DNA of 64,000 nucleotides, taken from the human T2T-CHM13v2.0 reference genome, Homo sapiens. Position 1 is the first letter of the stretch. Each line of letters begins with the position of its first letter. The translations under genes and the position numbers were made by a program. Below are positions 51,283-64,000 of the stretch, piece by piece. Location of the stretch: the NCBI GenBank assembly GCA_009914755.4, contig CP086569.2:8416001-8480000 (forward strand). The letters are read 5' to 3'. The notes under the pieces are model-generated. The model had not been told where the DNA came from and ran no database searches. It was given only the letters and a program-made list of their open reading frames with translations.

Positions 51283-51743
51283 ATAAAGGAGGAGACCACC
51301 CCTCATATTGTCTTATGCCCAATTTCTGCCTCCAAAGAAAGAAGAAGTAAAAAATAAAGGCAGAAATAAAATCCACAAGCACACAGCCCAGCACCACACT
51401 CTGGGCCCGGTAGTTAAAGATCAACCCCTGACCTAATCAGTTATGTTATCTATAGATTATAGACATTGTATAGAAAAGCACTGTGAAAACCCCTGTCCTG
51501 TTTTGATCAGATCTAATTACCCATGCATGCACCCCCAGTCACGTACCCCCTGCTGGCTCAATCGATCATGACCCTCTCACGTGCACGCCCTTAGAGTTGT
51601 TAGCCCTTAAAAGGGACAGGAATTGCTCACTCAGGGAGCTAGCCTCTTGAGACAGGAGTTTTACTGATGCTTCTGGCTAAATAAACCACTTCCTTCTTTA
51701 ACTCGGTGTCTGAGGGGTTTTGTCTATGGCTTCTCCTGCTACA
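51283..51743 (+). mobile_element. 3' LTR
   Basis: Direct repeat of the 5' LTR. Ends 'ctgctaca' and is followed by 'acat', which matches 'acat' at 43021-43024 (putative TSD). Confidence 0.85.
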
Positions 51744-54700
51744 ACATGAAAACATCATTACAACTCATAGGCAATATGAATAAATACTAAAGGCTGCAAT
51801 GAAAGATTATAAGGGAACCTGATTGCTTGGGAGTGATAATTCAGGAGAAACTTTTCTAAGGAACTGATTTAAATTATTTTTAGTTAATTTGATACTGCAG
51901 CTTTCTTCTGACCCTATCACATTGAATTACTAGTATAAATCTATTCCAGGCATCTTGATGCTGGGCTCAGTTGTGAATAGATTGATAACTCTGGATCTAT
52001 TGGTCCTTTTGTACTGATCAATGAAAATGTCACAATTCTTTGATTTACAACTTCTCATAGATCTTAGTTTTCTTCCTTCTGATTAGGCTGAACTGGTTGA
52101 TAAGCAGATTGCAGATACAATTTTATACATCCATAAATTTGGTTAATGAGAATCCCTTTCCCCCACTCTATTGTTTGATCCCTTCATAAGCATCAAATTT
52201 CCTGAGTTCTCTCACCGACTTTTCTAATATCCTTAGTCAGCAACACAATTGTCAACCTGACTAGCTCAGTGTCTGCTCCCTTGCCCAGCTGTTCTCTTAC
52301 CCTCTCTTGACATTCAAGGACAGAACTTTTACTGAGCAATCTTCCAAATGCAAGTTAAACCCCTCCACTACTGAACTTATGGAAATCAACATTGAAGAAA
52401 CAATCTACACAATTAATTTCACTCTTCTGTCAATATTACTACATAAAGAAGAAAAACAGCAACTTCTAACTATTTTAAGAAAAAATCAACAGTCCCAATG
52501 TAAGGACTGAGTGTTTTCATTAGCATGTTAAATACTTTAAAATTTCTAAAGGGTTTTATCACACATTTTCTTTTGTGCCTATTTTTCTATGTAGGGGAGT
52601 TGTGAGTATAATTTTACTGATAATAAAACCATGGCTCAGAGACGGAAATGTGTAGCCTGAGGTCAAAACCTCACCTAGTACAATCTGTTTCTACTTCTGA
52701 TTATAATGACAAAGTAGCTCACTCAATTTTGCAGCTTGTCTTATCTTGTGTTCTCTCTTCTTGTCCCTGGGAGGCTGTTTATTTGCAGTTCAACAAAGCT
52801 CCTGCAACTTTTATTTGCTTTCTCCAGTTATTCCTGCTGTTTGAGAGCTAGGTCATCAAAGCTTTGCTTGAATCCTGACACTTTAGCCATGAAAATTTTA
52901 CAATTTTCACTGCTCTACTTGGAAGCTTAACTATACTGAACTCCCATTGTTTCTGAATAGAGAAAGTGCTGCAGCAAGAACCCCATGTGTTTCAGGTGGT
53001 TTTACTGAGGAAATCTTACACACCCACAGGTTGTGACCTGTGGGAAAAACTCTCTAGCCAACTAACAGCACACGCTGGATCACTGCCTCTTAAAAACCCA
53101 TATCCTGTCCTGCCATCTGTAGGTATGGTTGTTTTAAGGATTACTCTGTGCAGAATTTTCCATATAATTCAGAAAGCCAGATTTTTTTATCTAGGTTATC
53201 ATTAGGAATTCTTTCCATTATGACTATTTTTAAAAGAATAATTTAAGAATAGCATTGCAAGCTTTTCAAATGTACAGAATGCGGTTTTCCTCCCAACTCT
53301 ATTCTAGTCACTATCAAAGACAGGGAACTGGGTCCTTCCTAAAGTCTTATATCTACCTCTGTGAACATTGAGGCAGAAAGGAAACTGGCCTCACCAGACT
53401 CTTTTTCATCCTCAATTCTACCTTTTGCTCTTTATCATTCAATAGTTTTCTCTGGTTCTTAAGCTGTCATGAAAAAGAAACTGCAGTTGCTCAAGTGCTC
53501 TTCATAAATGTTTTCTGAATTTCACTTTGAGACCTAGATGTAAGAAAACATACTCAGGCACATGTCTGCTCTTTGCCTTTCGGTAATCTGACTATATTTG
53601 AAAACGTCTTTCCTTCAGCACTGGTCTTTGCACTTTAGCTCCCACTTAGCACTCTATCCTCCCTATCACCGTCTGACCACTCTTACCATGTACGTAGGAC
53701 TCATTAAAATAGCAGTATATAAACTTCTGATTCCATTGTCTTAAAATGTCTAATATGGTTGAGAGTCAAAATGTCTGGATTTAAAACCTGGCTCTACTGC
53801 TTATGAGAAAGTTGCCACAACTCTCTGGATCTTAGTCTCTTCAACTGCAGAATGAGAAAATTGAAAGTATCTACCAACCCCGAGTTGCAATGGGAATGAA
53901 AAGTGATAAGGCATGCAAAGTGCTCAGAATAAGGTTGAGCAGGTAATAAGGATGCAATAAATGTGAACTATATTATTATCACCCCAATGTATGTTTCTGT
54001 TAGATAGAGTCAACCTTATTGATATCACAGGTCTACCATGAAAAGTAAATCATGTAGGCAGAATGCCTAGCACAGGGTCTGGTATAAAACAGACATGTGG
54101 TAAATACTCCCATTCTGCAACAAATCACTCCTCCTTTCCATGCCTCCTTGCTTAATGTGAAGAGTCGTTTTCCTCATATATTTTTTCTTTTCTGAATTGA
54201 TTATTATACTACAATTCTAAAATGAACGTTAAAGTACTGGGTTTGAATTAAGTCCAAAAATATGGGGAAAAAATGTAAAAAGAAAAATTGTCAAGTAGCA
54301 GCTGTGTTGTTAGGCAAGGAGATATTAGAGTGGTGACTCATTTATAAGAAGTTTCTTTTAACTCTACAGTGAAGTGGACATTGTAATAGCCCTTACCTTC
54401 TGGTCATAAAATACTTGAGGACTGCCAGAAAAAAACTGAAAAACTGGCTATTCTACCTGAGGTCATACTTTTTAATTGCATGAAGTCAAGTGTAATGTGT
54501 AATCACTTAACTTCTGTTCAACTGGTGCCACTTTTCAATTTGTTCTTTTTAATAGTCTCACAGACTCCTCAGCCTGGGAGAGGATAGGAAATGCCATATT
54601 CTCCTACTTGAGTTATAGTGTTTGATGGCCTCTACGTCACTCCTGCCAGGTGGTCATCCAGTCTCAGTTGATGTCTTTCAGGGTGAGGAAGCTCACAATA

Positions 54701-55109
54701 TCCAGAGAGCTGCCTAAACCAGTTTGAGAGAGATATATCTGTGAGAAAACCTTTCTTTTGATGAGCCAAAGTTTGGCTTCACATGTTCGTTGCTAACATC
54801 CTAATATTGTCTCTTCAGGCCTTATAGAACTAGTGTCCTCTTTCGTGTGAAATAATAGCCAATCTATTACTGGAAGAAAATTCTCATATCCTTCACAGAT
54901 GTTTTTGTTTCTCCACATGGATACTATTCTAAGCTAATTAACATTTTTTTTTAAATTGAAATAAGTATCCAGATAACGTAGACCCAGGGATGCATTCATT
55001 CCCGGTATTTAGTATACCCTTAAACAATTTTCAGATTTGGGAACACATTGCATGCCTCCAGATGCCACTCCATAATGATTTATTTGAGGGAATAGCAGTT
55101 GATGTTTGT

Positions 55110-55470
55110 CGTAGTTCATTCAGGCTGTTATAACAAAATACCATAAACTGGTGGCTTACAAAACAAAAACAAAAAAAACAGAAGTGCATTTCTCCTACTT
55201 CTGGAGTTTGGGAAGTTCAAGGACAAGATGACAGAGGAGGAGATATCTGGTGAGGGGCCACTTTCTGGTTCATATATGTTGCCTTCTAGCTGGGTCCTCA
55301 CATGGTAGAAGGGGAAAGACAGGTCTCTGGGGCTTATTTTGTAAGGGCACTCATCTCATTTATAAGGGCCTGACCACCCTGACCTAATCATACAGATTTT
55401 ACATTTGGATACCACCACATAAGTGATAATTTTTCAACATATAAATTTGTGAGGGGGTGGAATAAAAAGA
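55110..55470. mobile_element. Ancient interspersed repeat of the 'gctgttataacaaaataccataaactggtggcttacaaaacaa..ttctggagtttgggaagttcaaggacaagatgacagag' MER family
   Basis: I recognise this widely dispersed mammalian repeat motif from memory but cannot assign the exact subfamily name. Confidence 0.5.
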
Positions 55471-58400
55471 ATCAGTTTATAACAGTTTTAGAAAAATATA
55501 GAATCTGTGTACAAATGTTTATTTATTCATTCATTCACCCCAAGTTGTAAATATTTGATATAATTTTTATGACATAAATGTATATTTTTCAGCATAATAT
55601 TTTACAATATTCTGTTCATATGAGCCCTCTCCCAACTTTATAGTAAAATAATCAACGTTTAATAAATGGGGGCAGAGGAGACAATTATTTTAAAAGATGG
55701 AAATAACACTGTTGCCATTACAACAATCCTTCTTTTTCCTTTGAACCACACTCTCCCTGTTCCATCAGTTTTCCTTCTTTTGCCTTTCTGGTTTTATGAT
55801 CTTCAGCATTTCCCATAGGCATTGAAGGCTCATGAGTCACAAGACAGCTTGGTGCTTGGGTCTTTTTTTCATATCCAGAATCAGTATGTCAGCTGGCACA
55901 TACTTTGACTTAGAGATTCACTTAATAACTACAGGACAGTAGAAAAATCATCCTAAGACAATGGAGAGGATAGTTATCATTACTTTGCCTTGTTCACTAG
56001 ATAAGGAAATGCAATGTGAAAGGCAGGAGAGCTCTAACATTGCTTGGTGCACCAAAGTATAAAGTTGGAACGTTACATTTATCTGGAGTAGCCATAATTT
56101 TAAACCCTTTGTGGTTTAGGTGGGATATCCAGAAAACTGATTCAATGAAAATTGTTTGTCTACCTACCTCCCATTATCTCAAGTCAAAGACCAGAAGAAA
56201 CACTTCCATGGTTGAACCACTTGGGTTTATTTTTCGCTGAAGCATGAAAGGGGAATGCATACCATAAGATGTCTTAGTAACGTATAAGAAAATAGTTTAT
56301 AGGATTTGGGTTTATGTTAGGAGACTTGAGGGAAGGTTTATGTAAGCAAGGCAGTGTCAGAAAGCAAGAGCTATTTTATGATGGGGTATTTCAATAAGTC
56401 TTATGCAGAAGGAGGGGAAAATAGAGCAAGTTTAAATTGGTAGTTGATGAAGAAGTGATCACTCACATCAGCCTAGATAGGTGGATATTTGGTCATTTTT
56501 TTCCGACTTGAACAACGTTTCTGTTATATATGGATTTAGATGTGATTATGGAGTGGTGTTGCTTTTGTCTTCATCCATCATGGTCACAGAGTGGCCTTAT
56601 TTGATGTTGCTGCTCTGTGAAATTGTTCATGTTCAACAAAAGAACACCAAGACCTTGCCATAAGTGATAGACCAGCACCTAGCAAGACCCAGGCCCAGCT
56701 GATATGACCACATCAGCTCTTTGATGTCAGGGCTGCTCTTCTTCTTCTCACTGGTGGGCAATTGTGGTGCATCAGTGAAAACATTAGGAAACAAAGCGGA
56801 TGGCAATATGTCCATTCTCATTGGGAGAAGGGGATACAAAAAACCAATAAACTTGGTAAGTAAATTATATAGTGTCTTAAATGCTATGGGAAACGATAAA
56901 AGATAATGGAACACTGCAAAAGGATAGGAATTGGAGAAGGCATAACAGAGGAAAGTTGCAGTTTTAAATAAGGCAGACCTCTCTGAGAAGGTGACATATG
57001 AGTAAATACTTGGAATGGAGGTGAGGAAGTGAGCCATGAGAACAGGGAATTCTGGTCGAATTTCAGAAAAATTACCCTAATACTGAGTATAGATGGTTAA
57101 TAATCATCTGCTTACTCTACAGGCAATTGAACCCATCCTCTGCTTCATGTCCAGTTCTTGGTTTTCCCATTGACCTCTCTGAGGCCTTTCTGCCCTACAC
57201 TAGATAGAAAGGGGTTGAGTAGAAGGCACAGACAAGTTGGGAGATGATTTCCTTTTCCTCAGAACTTCTGCTTTATGACATAAAGGTAATGAGTAAACTT
57301 CTTACCCATCTTCCTTCCCAAAGCTGCTAACATCAGTGATCTGTCCTCCATGGAAGGCAACTGCCCACCTGACTATTCCTGTTACAAGATGATTCTTGCT
57401 CCATCTTCACTGTAGCCAGGATTCTGCATATTCTCTTCTCATGGAAGGTAAAGTTGTTCAAGTTCTATCCTTACCCATTAGAACTGGAATCAGAGACATG
57501 AATCTGAGCTGTCTCCTAGGAGATTTCTTCTGTTGCTTCTGTTTCTTCAGAGCATATTTATGGCTATGAGACTTGTTTCTCTTCTAGGAAAATCTCCAAT
57601 TTCTCTTTGGTATGCATTATCGTCAATTGTCAAACTTAAAGATATAAACACAGGCCGATAATTTATCTATACTTTGATCAAGATCGCAGCTTATAAGTGA
57701 TATATCTAAGTGAGCTCAGTCTTCAAATTTCCTTAGCGATGGTCTTGTTTCTAGGTTCCAGTACATTCCTACCTGGTAGCTATGTTGAAATAAAAAATTG
57801 TTCAACAGAAATGTTAAAGGTGAAAATAATTGACACCAAGTGACATAATGTAGTACCCTTCTGTGATAAATTGAATAACACCAATTTAAATTTGTACACA
57901 TCACTACAATGAAAGTAATGGCATGGGAATCTCTTGATAACCAGCACAGCAATATGACAAAAAGTGTACTCTATAAATTTCTGTTTTAGAAAGATGTAAT
58001 TCTTGATTTGATATGTTTAATCATCAGAATGTGGGACACATTTTTATTACTGAATTATAATGACTGTAGTAACTTACATTTTTATGGGGAATTATGCCTT
58101 ACTTTTATATTTAGTTTCTCATTTGAGTCCCTTAATATCTCTGGAAGGTAGATAATGTGTGGAGTTATTGTCTTCATTTTACTGTGAAGAAAATAGGGCT
58201 CAAAGAAAACAGACTTGCAAATTTAATAAGAGCTGAATGCAGGGATGGAATCCAGTTCTCCTTAATATGAATATATCTTTCAAACAAAGGTCAACAAGTT
58301 ATTATTTCAATTTTCTATCTGTTGCTTATTACATATCTGAACTTGGACAAGTCCTATAATCTCTGAGTTTTCATTTTCTTGAGGCTAGTGGCAATGCCTA

Positions 58401-61400
58401 CCTCAATATATTATTTTATAATGAATATCTAAACATGTATATCAATCCTAGTATAATACCTGGCAAACTCAATGTGCTCAACAACTGATAGCCCTATTAT
58501 TATGAGCAAGAGCAACATTTATAAAATTATTTATTAATCTGTAAAACAGGAAGACTAGAACTTGACTCATAGGGTTGTCATTGGTATTAAATGAAATATC
58601 AAAAGCAAAGTATTCAACATAGTATGTGTCACATATGCAGACAATCAATGGTAGCTTATATTGTAATTATTTTCAATTGCATCTTAGGATTCACTTTTTC
58701 TAACAGTGACTGAAATCTGGTCTCAAATTTAAGTAAAGATGAGGACTTACTGGTGCAAGTAATTTAACAATGAAGGAATATATCTTGCTTCTGGTGTACC
58801 TAAATAAAGGCTATTAAATGATATCTTCAGAATCACTCCCACCATGTACTCTGCTCCTCTTTGTTGACTCCATTATCAAGTAGTTCCAAAGTAGCTTTCA
58901 TCAGTTCCCACGTCTACATACTCCAACATGTTTTTCTGGTGGGAAAGAACAAAAATATTTATCCAACCATTACCATCTTAATGTCACAAGATTCATGTGA
59001 TTTTATTGAGTTAGGTTAGGTGCTCACCTCTGTATCAATCAGTTGGGCCAGAGAAATATGATGCCCATGTTGACATGCATCCTGAGTAACATGCAAATAT
59101 CTAGTATGTTATTAGTAAGCTATATATACTCATTCTCAAGGAGGTAGTTCCTTGATCTATGTAATTTGGTTATTCCATTGTAGTTCCCATACCAATAGTT
59201 CACCTTCATCCATGCATTATCTCATTTTTCTGTTGATAGCACAGCAAAGTACAATTTAGCACAAAGGAATTGAACAAAATTGTTACTTAACATACTAACA
59301 ATATCAACCTATTCACTGTAATTAGCATTTCTGTGATACATCCTTACATTGTGTAATCATCTGTCTTGAACACCAAAAGAAGATGAAAGAATTATTCTTG
59401 CCTTCAAAGGAATCCAAGCTCATAACACAAGAGACAGATATTTTAAATATTTAGGTGAATGTGAGCAATAAGATAGAGCCATCCCAAAGTGCTCTGGAAA
59501 TGCAGAAGATATTATTTCTGAATGAGACTGAACAAAGGCAAAAACTTGAGACAGCTAGAAAATTTAATGAGAACAGTTGAGAAAGCTGTTGGTTTAAGGC
59601 ATTAACACTGTAGTTTTCCAAGGTAGGCCTGGGTGTATTATGAGGAAGTTATTCTAGATTCAGGGAGCACATAGTTTGCAGATGAATGAGTGTATGCTTT
59701 CTTTTTATTTTTCTCAAGACACTTTTTTCCTTCCCTTTTCTGCCTCTTGATAAATGAAATCCCATTATCTTTATAAATTTCCAGAGACAATTCCTCACTT
59801 AATCCCACCCCCAGGACCTACTCTCAGGATTAAATTGGGTTAGGTAGCAACATTCATTCATTCAGTCTATCAGTCAGTGGGCTCCTATTTGGTGTCAGTT
59901 GTGTGCCAGCCACATTAGGGAATAAAAGTTTAGTTAACATATATATTTTTTGCCTGAAATTTAAGGTGTATCCATTTTGCTTAAGGAGACAGATATGTTA
60001 CCAACTTAAAAGTATAATTTGAGCAATGCTGTACTGAGACATGTGGAAAGCATTTAGAGATATCAGAAGGAAAAATAACTAGTACTGCCTGGTGCAAGGT
60101 GCAGATGGATAGTTGATTAGAAAGGTTTTCACTGAGGAGATGGCCTTTGAACTGGACTGCTAAGCAAAGGAGGAAGTCTATACAAATGAAGGGAGGCATA
60201 AAAAAAAAACACTTGGGAAGTACCTAAGGATTGGGCGGTAGCTTGGTATGTCTGGTATGTGTATAGCTTCAAGGGAGAAAGTGTCACGAGATAAGGCCAT
60301 AAAGGTGTGCAAGCACGAGGTCAGGAAGGATCGTAGAGATATGGTATTATCACATAAGTGAAGGTAATGCAGGGTATCAGAGGAGGGAAAAGAAAAGATT
60401 CAATCCAGGCTGTTGCCTAATCATTAAACATAACTACAAAGAGTAATTACAAGTTTTGGAATGGAAGGCTGTAACATGCTACAGAGGCCCTGTTTTAGAA
60501 AATTCTAATGAACCCAATGCAAACAAAAATTAAATACAATAAATAAGTAAATAATATTTCATCTTAAGAGAACATATTTCCTTGAAATTGAGATCTCTTC
60601 TGGTATGATATGGAATTCTATTTATAATAAATCATCATTATATTTTCTCCAGAAGTATTTCCATTGGTCTCCACCAAAGGCTAGTTGTTTGCTTGGGCCA
60701 AATATGTTAATCTGAAGACAATTGGCTACATAGCTGAAATGCATTGCTGGACATGTTCAATATTTGAAGAGAAATGCAAAGGTGACCCAGCTATGTACTC
60801 ATAATATACCAGAGCCTAACTTTAGCAGTAAACCTTGTGATTCCTATTGAAATATCACCACACAGGTAGAAGGAAACAACAACTGAAAGACTTTGTAATG
60901 CTTGAATAAGTAAATCCATTAGATTAAATCCAAAAGCCCATTTATTCTGAATTATATGGCATGGTGGCAGACAATATTAGCAAATATCAGGTTTATATTA
61001 AAATTGTGATGACCTCGTGCTTTTTCTTTAGGAAGTTTACAAATATTGGTATTCAAAAAGTAGTTTTTGGACTTGCATTTCTGAAGTTATTGAAAAGGCT
61101 AACATAATGCCATTTCAATCATTTAGTTTTTCTAATTGACTTTGCAGTTACATCTTCTTAAGTGTTTATTTCTAACACAACCACAGTCCTCTTCCTTTTA
61201 AGCTTTCAGTGCTGAGGGCAAAACTTCTGTTAATCACAAACAAAACTCTGAAAATGCCATTGTGTTATCACCCAGGAACACAGACAATAAAATTAATCAT
61301 CACTCCCAATGCATTTCCATTTGCTAACACAGTGAAATCACCAACCACAACTTCATTCCCCTGAGGTTTCCATAGAAAGTTTTCATATCTTATTCCAGTG

Positions 61401-62056
61401 AATCAGACAAAAGCTCTAGGTGTCTATTTATCATGAGGACAGTTTTTAAATTTAAATTGCAAAATGCAGCCACGTGATCACCTATACAACCATGGAAATT
61501 TGGTTTCCTAATCTGGGGAGTAGGTCTGAGTTTGTAGATATTGCTAAAAATTTCCAACCAAGTGTATGGAATTGTTGCTTAGATAATAAATATTTGGATA
61601 AGTTGGACACAAAAGAGGGGCTAATACACAAGGAAAGTGACCTATATCATTTGAAAATATATACTTTTCTCTAATATTCTATTCATTTTGGGAAAATAAT
61701 TCCTTTTGCAAAGAGATTTCCAATGCTCTTGGTTTTGTGGGTACTCTGCATTTGTGTGTATAATAGACAACTGGGCAAATCTTACCCCAAGTTTACCTTT
61801 CCTGGCTTCCCTATTTCTACTTATGATCACTATTGAATCTTGAACATGGAAGGAATCATGGGAGCTATTATTCATTTGGCAATTTTTTACATGCTTATTG
61901 AATATCTGTTATAGATTATGCTCTATTTTAGGCACTGAGGATTTACACATATTCTTGGGAAACTCTTCAGGGTGCAAATAATACACAACTAAATGAGTGA
62001 GATAAGCTCAGATGGTAATGGTTGCTATAATGAAAACTGTTCAGGGAGATATTTAA

Positions 62057-62503
<447 letters not shown>

Positions 62504-64000
62504 ACAATTTTTGATAAATGAAGAATTATCTTTACCTTACAATTTTAAAGTATTTTCATATTTAGTGTCCATCTATATTTTAAGTGATATTTTCAAATTT
62601 TCTATGAGGGTAATCATATTTTAGTAGAAAGGGATTTTTTTGCCTTCAGGATATTAACCATTTGTTACTGGTATTGCAAATACTTTCCTATTTAGTTATT
62701 TATACTGTGACTAATTTTGTTCTTTTTTAAATAAAGATTATATGTTATATGTAACTCTATTAATTTTTTATGTTTCTTAACTTTCATTATATGCTTAGAA
62801 ATAACCTCTCTACCTAAAGATATTTAGTGGTTAAGTCTCTAGTAATTATTTATGTTAACACTTCATCTTTGATTTAATGTTTTTAAGTATTTGATGTATC
62901 TTTGCATTTATTTAAGAAACCATTTTAGTTTTTAGAATATGGTTAACCAATAATCACAATGAAATTAAATAATTCAGTCTCTCTGCTATTTTAAATGCTG
63001 CCTTATTGTATACTAAATTACACGTTCTTGAGTCCAAATCCAGACTTTGCACTGTGTTCCTTTCAGCTATTGTTCTGTGCCAATACTAACAGTTTTGCTT
63101 TTTTCTATCTTTATAATTCTATTGATATACGTTGGGACCAGTCTTCCCTCACTTTTCTTTATCAAAAGTATTTTAATATCACCTATTATTCCAGATATAT
63201 CTTTGAGTTCTTTTGCCAGTTCACTTTTAAATAACATTTTGATTGGAACACAATAAACGTTATAATTTTACTTACATAAGATATACATTTAACTTTGATT
63301 ATTTCAAAATACATTTTGTTGTTGTTTATGATAATAAATGTGCCAACTTTTTAAGATACTGAACCTGTGATTAGTTCTAATAAGACATAGAATGAATTTT
63401 CTCAGATTTTCTGGGTATATAACAATGTAATTTACAGATAATTAAATACCTTAAAAGGAATTGCAAATTGTTATTACATGTATGTGTATATTCATTTGTT
63501 TATTTATAGGAGCTAGAGCTCATATGTTTTAAAATAGCTGCTGTGATACTCTACATCTCTTAATCTCAGCTTTCTGTAAAATTGTGAGACAGTTACTTAC
63601 CACAAAAGGTGGTTTTGAGCATCAAAGAATCACATTAGTTCTTTTAGACAAAATGCTTAAAACAGTGCCTATCACATAGTAAGCACTATAAAGTGTTTTT
63701 GTTGCTGATATCATTATTAATATTATTTTATTGGCTGCAATTTCAAAATAAAAGATAACCGTGGTGTGAGTAAACATCTTTATTTTGCTCTTTATCTTAT
63801 GGATGATACACTTTAGAGGTTTATTTTTATATTATGAATCATTTAAACTTATTTAGACATTTGGACATTTTGACATTGTGTAACTTAAGTTTGATATGCA
63901 TATTAGTCTGTTCTCATGCTGCTAATAAAGATATAACCAAGACTGTTTAATTTATAAAGGAAATAGGTTTCATTGACTCCCAGTTCAGCATGGCTGCAAA

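Larger units (their letters stand above)
43025..51743 (+). mobile_element. Full-length defective class I (gammaretrovirus-like) endogenous retrovirus, HERV-E-like: LTR-PBS(Glu-like)-gag-pro-pol-env-PPT-LTR
   Basis: Two ~460-bp direct repeats (LTRs) flank gag/pro/pol/env-like ORF fragments that are collinear with MLV-type proteins. The primer binding site resembles tRNA-Glu, and the LTR length matches the HERV-E LTR2 class. Confidence 0.85.

Noticed and set aside
56633-57037. 134-aa minus-strand ORF and the overlapping short plus-strand ORF
   Set aside because: It is hydrophobic and low-complexity, with no domain signature and no flanking promoter or splice features that I can support from sequence. 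It is probably chance in AT-rich DNA.

Overview
This 64-kb window is primate (human-like) nuclear DNA that is rich in repeats and poor in genes. I could not support any host protein-coding gene, tRNA, rRNA or CRISPR array from the sequence.

Three structures dominate the window:

(1) Positions 1-15478 are a head-to-tail tandem array of seven diverged ~2.2-2.5-kb units, macrosatellite-like. One unit carries a ~1.4-kb internal deletion. The array runs off the 5' edge of the window. Each unit carries a (CA)n microsatellite and T/A-rich tracts at the same relative position. I do not recognise the unit as any interspersed repeat consensus I can recall.

(2) Positions ~43025-51743 are a full-length but defective gammaretrovirus-like (class I) endogenous retrovirus. 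It has two ~460-bp LTRs (~9% diverged from each other), a degraded tRNA-Glu-type primer binding site (HERV-E-like), disrupted gag-pro-pol-env, a polypurine tract and a putative 4-bp target-site duplication.

(3) Positions 15.5-43 kb and 52-64 kb are ordinary AT-rich intergenic DNA. They carry about 12 Alu elements of mixed age, two 5'-truncated L1 3' ends, microsatellites, and an unusual 33-bp minisatellite with 11-codon periodicity (29.4-29.7 kb). One of the L1s is split by an LTR12-family solo LTR flanked by a GTCC target-site duplication.

All calls rest on reading the sequence by eye, together with recalled family consensus features. No database searches were run.
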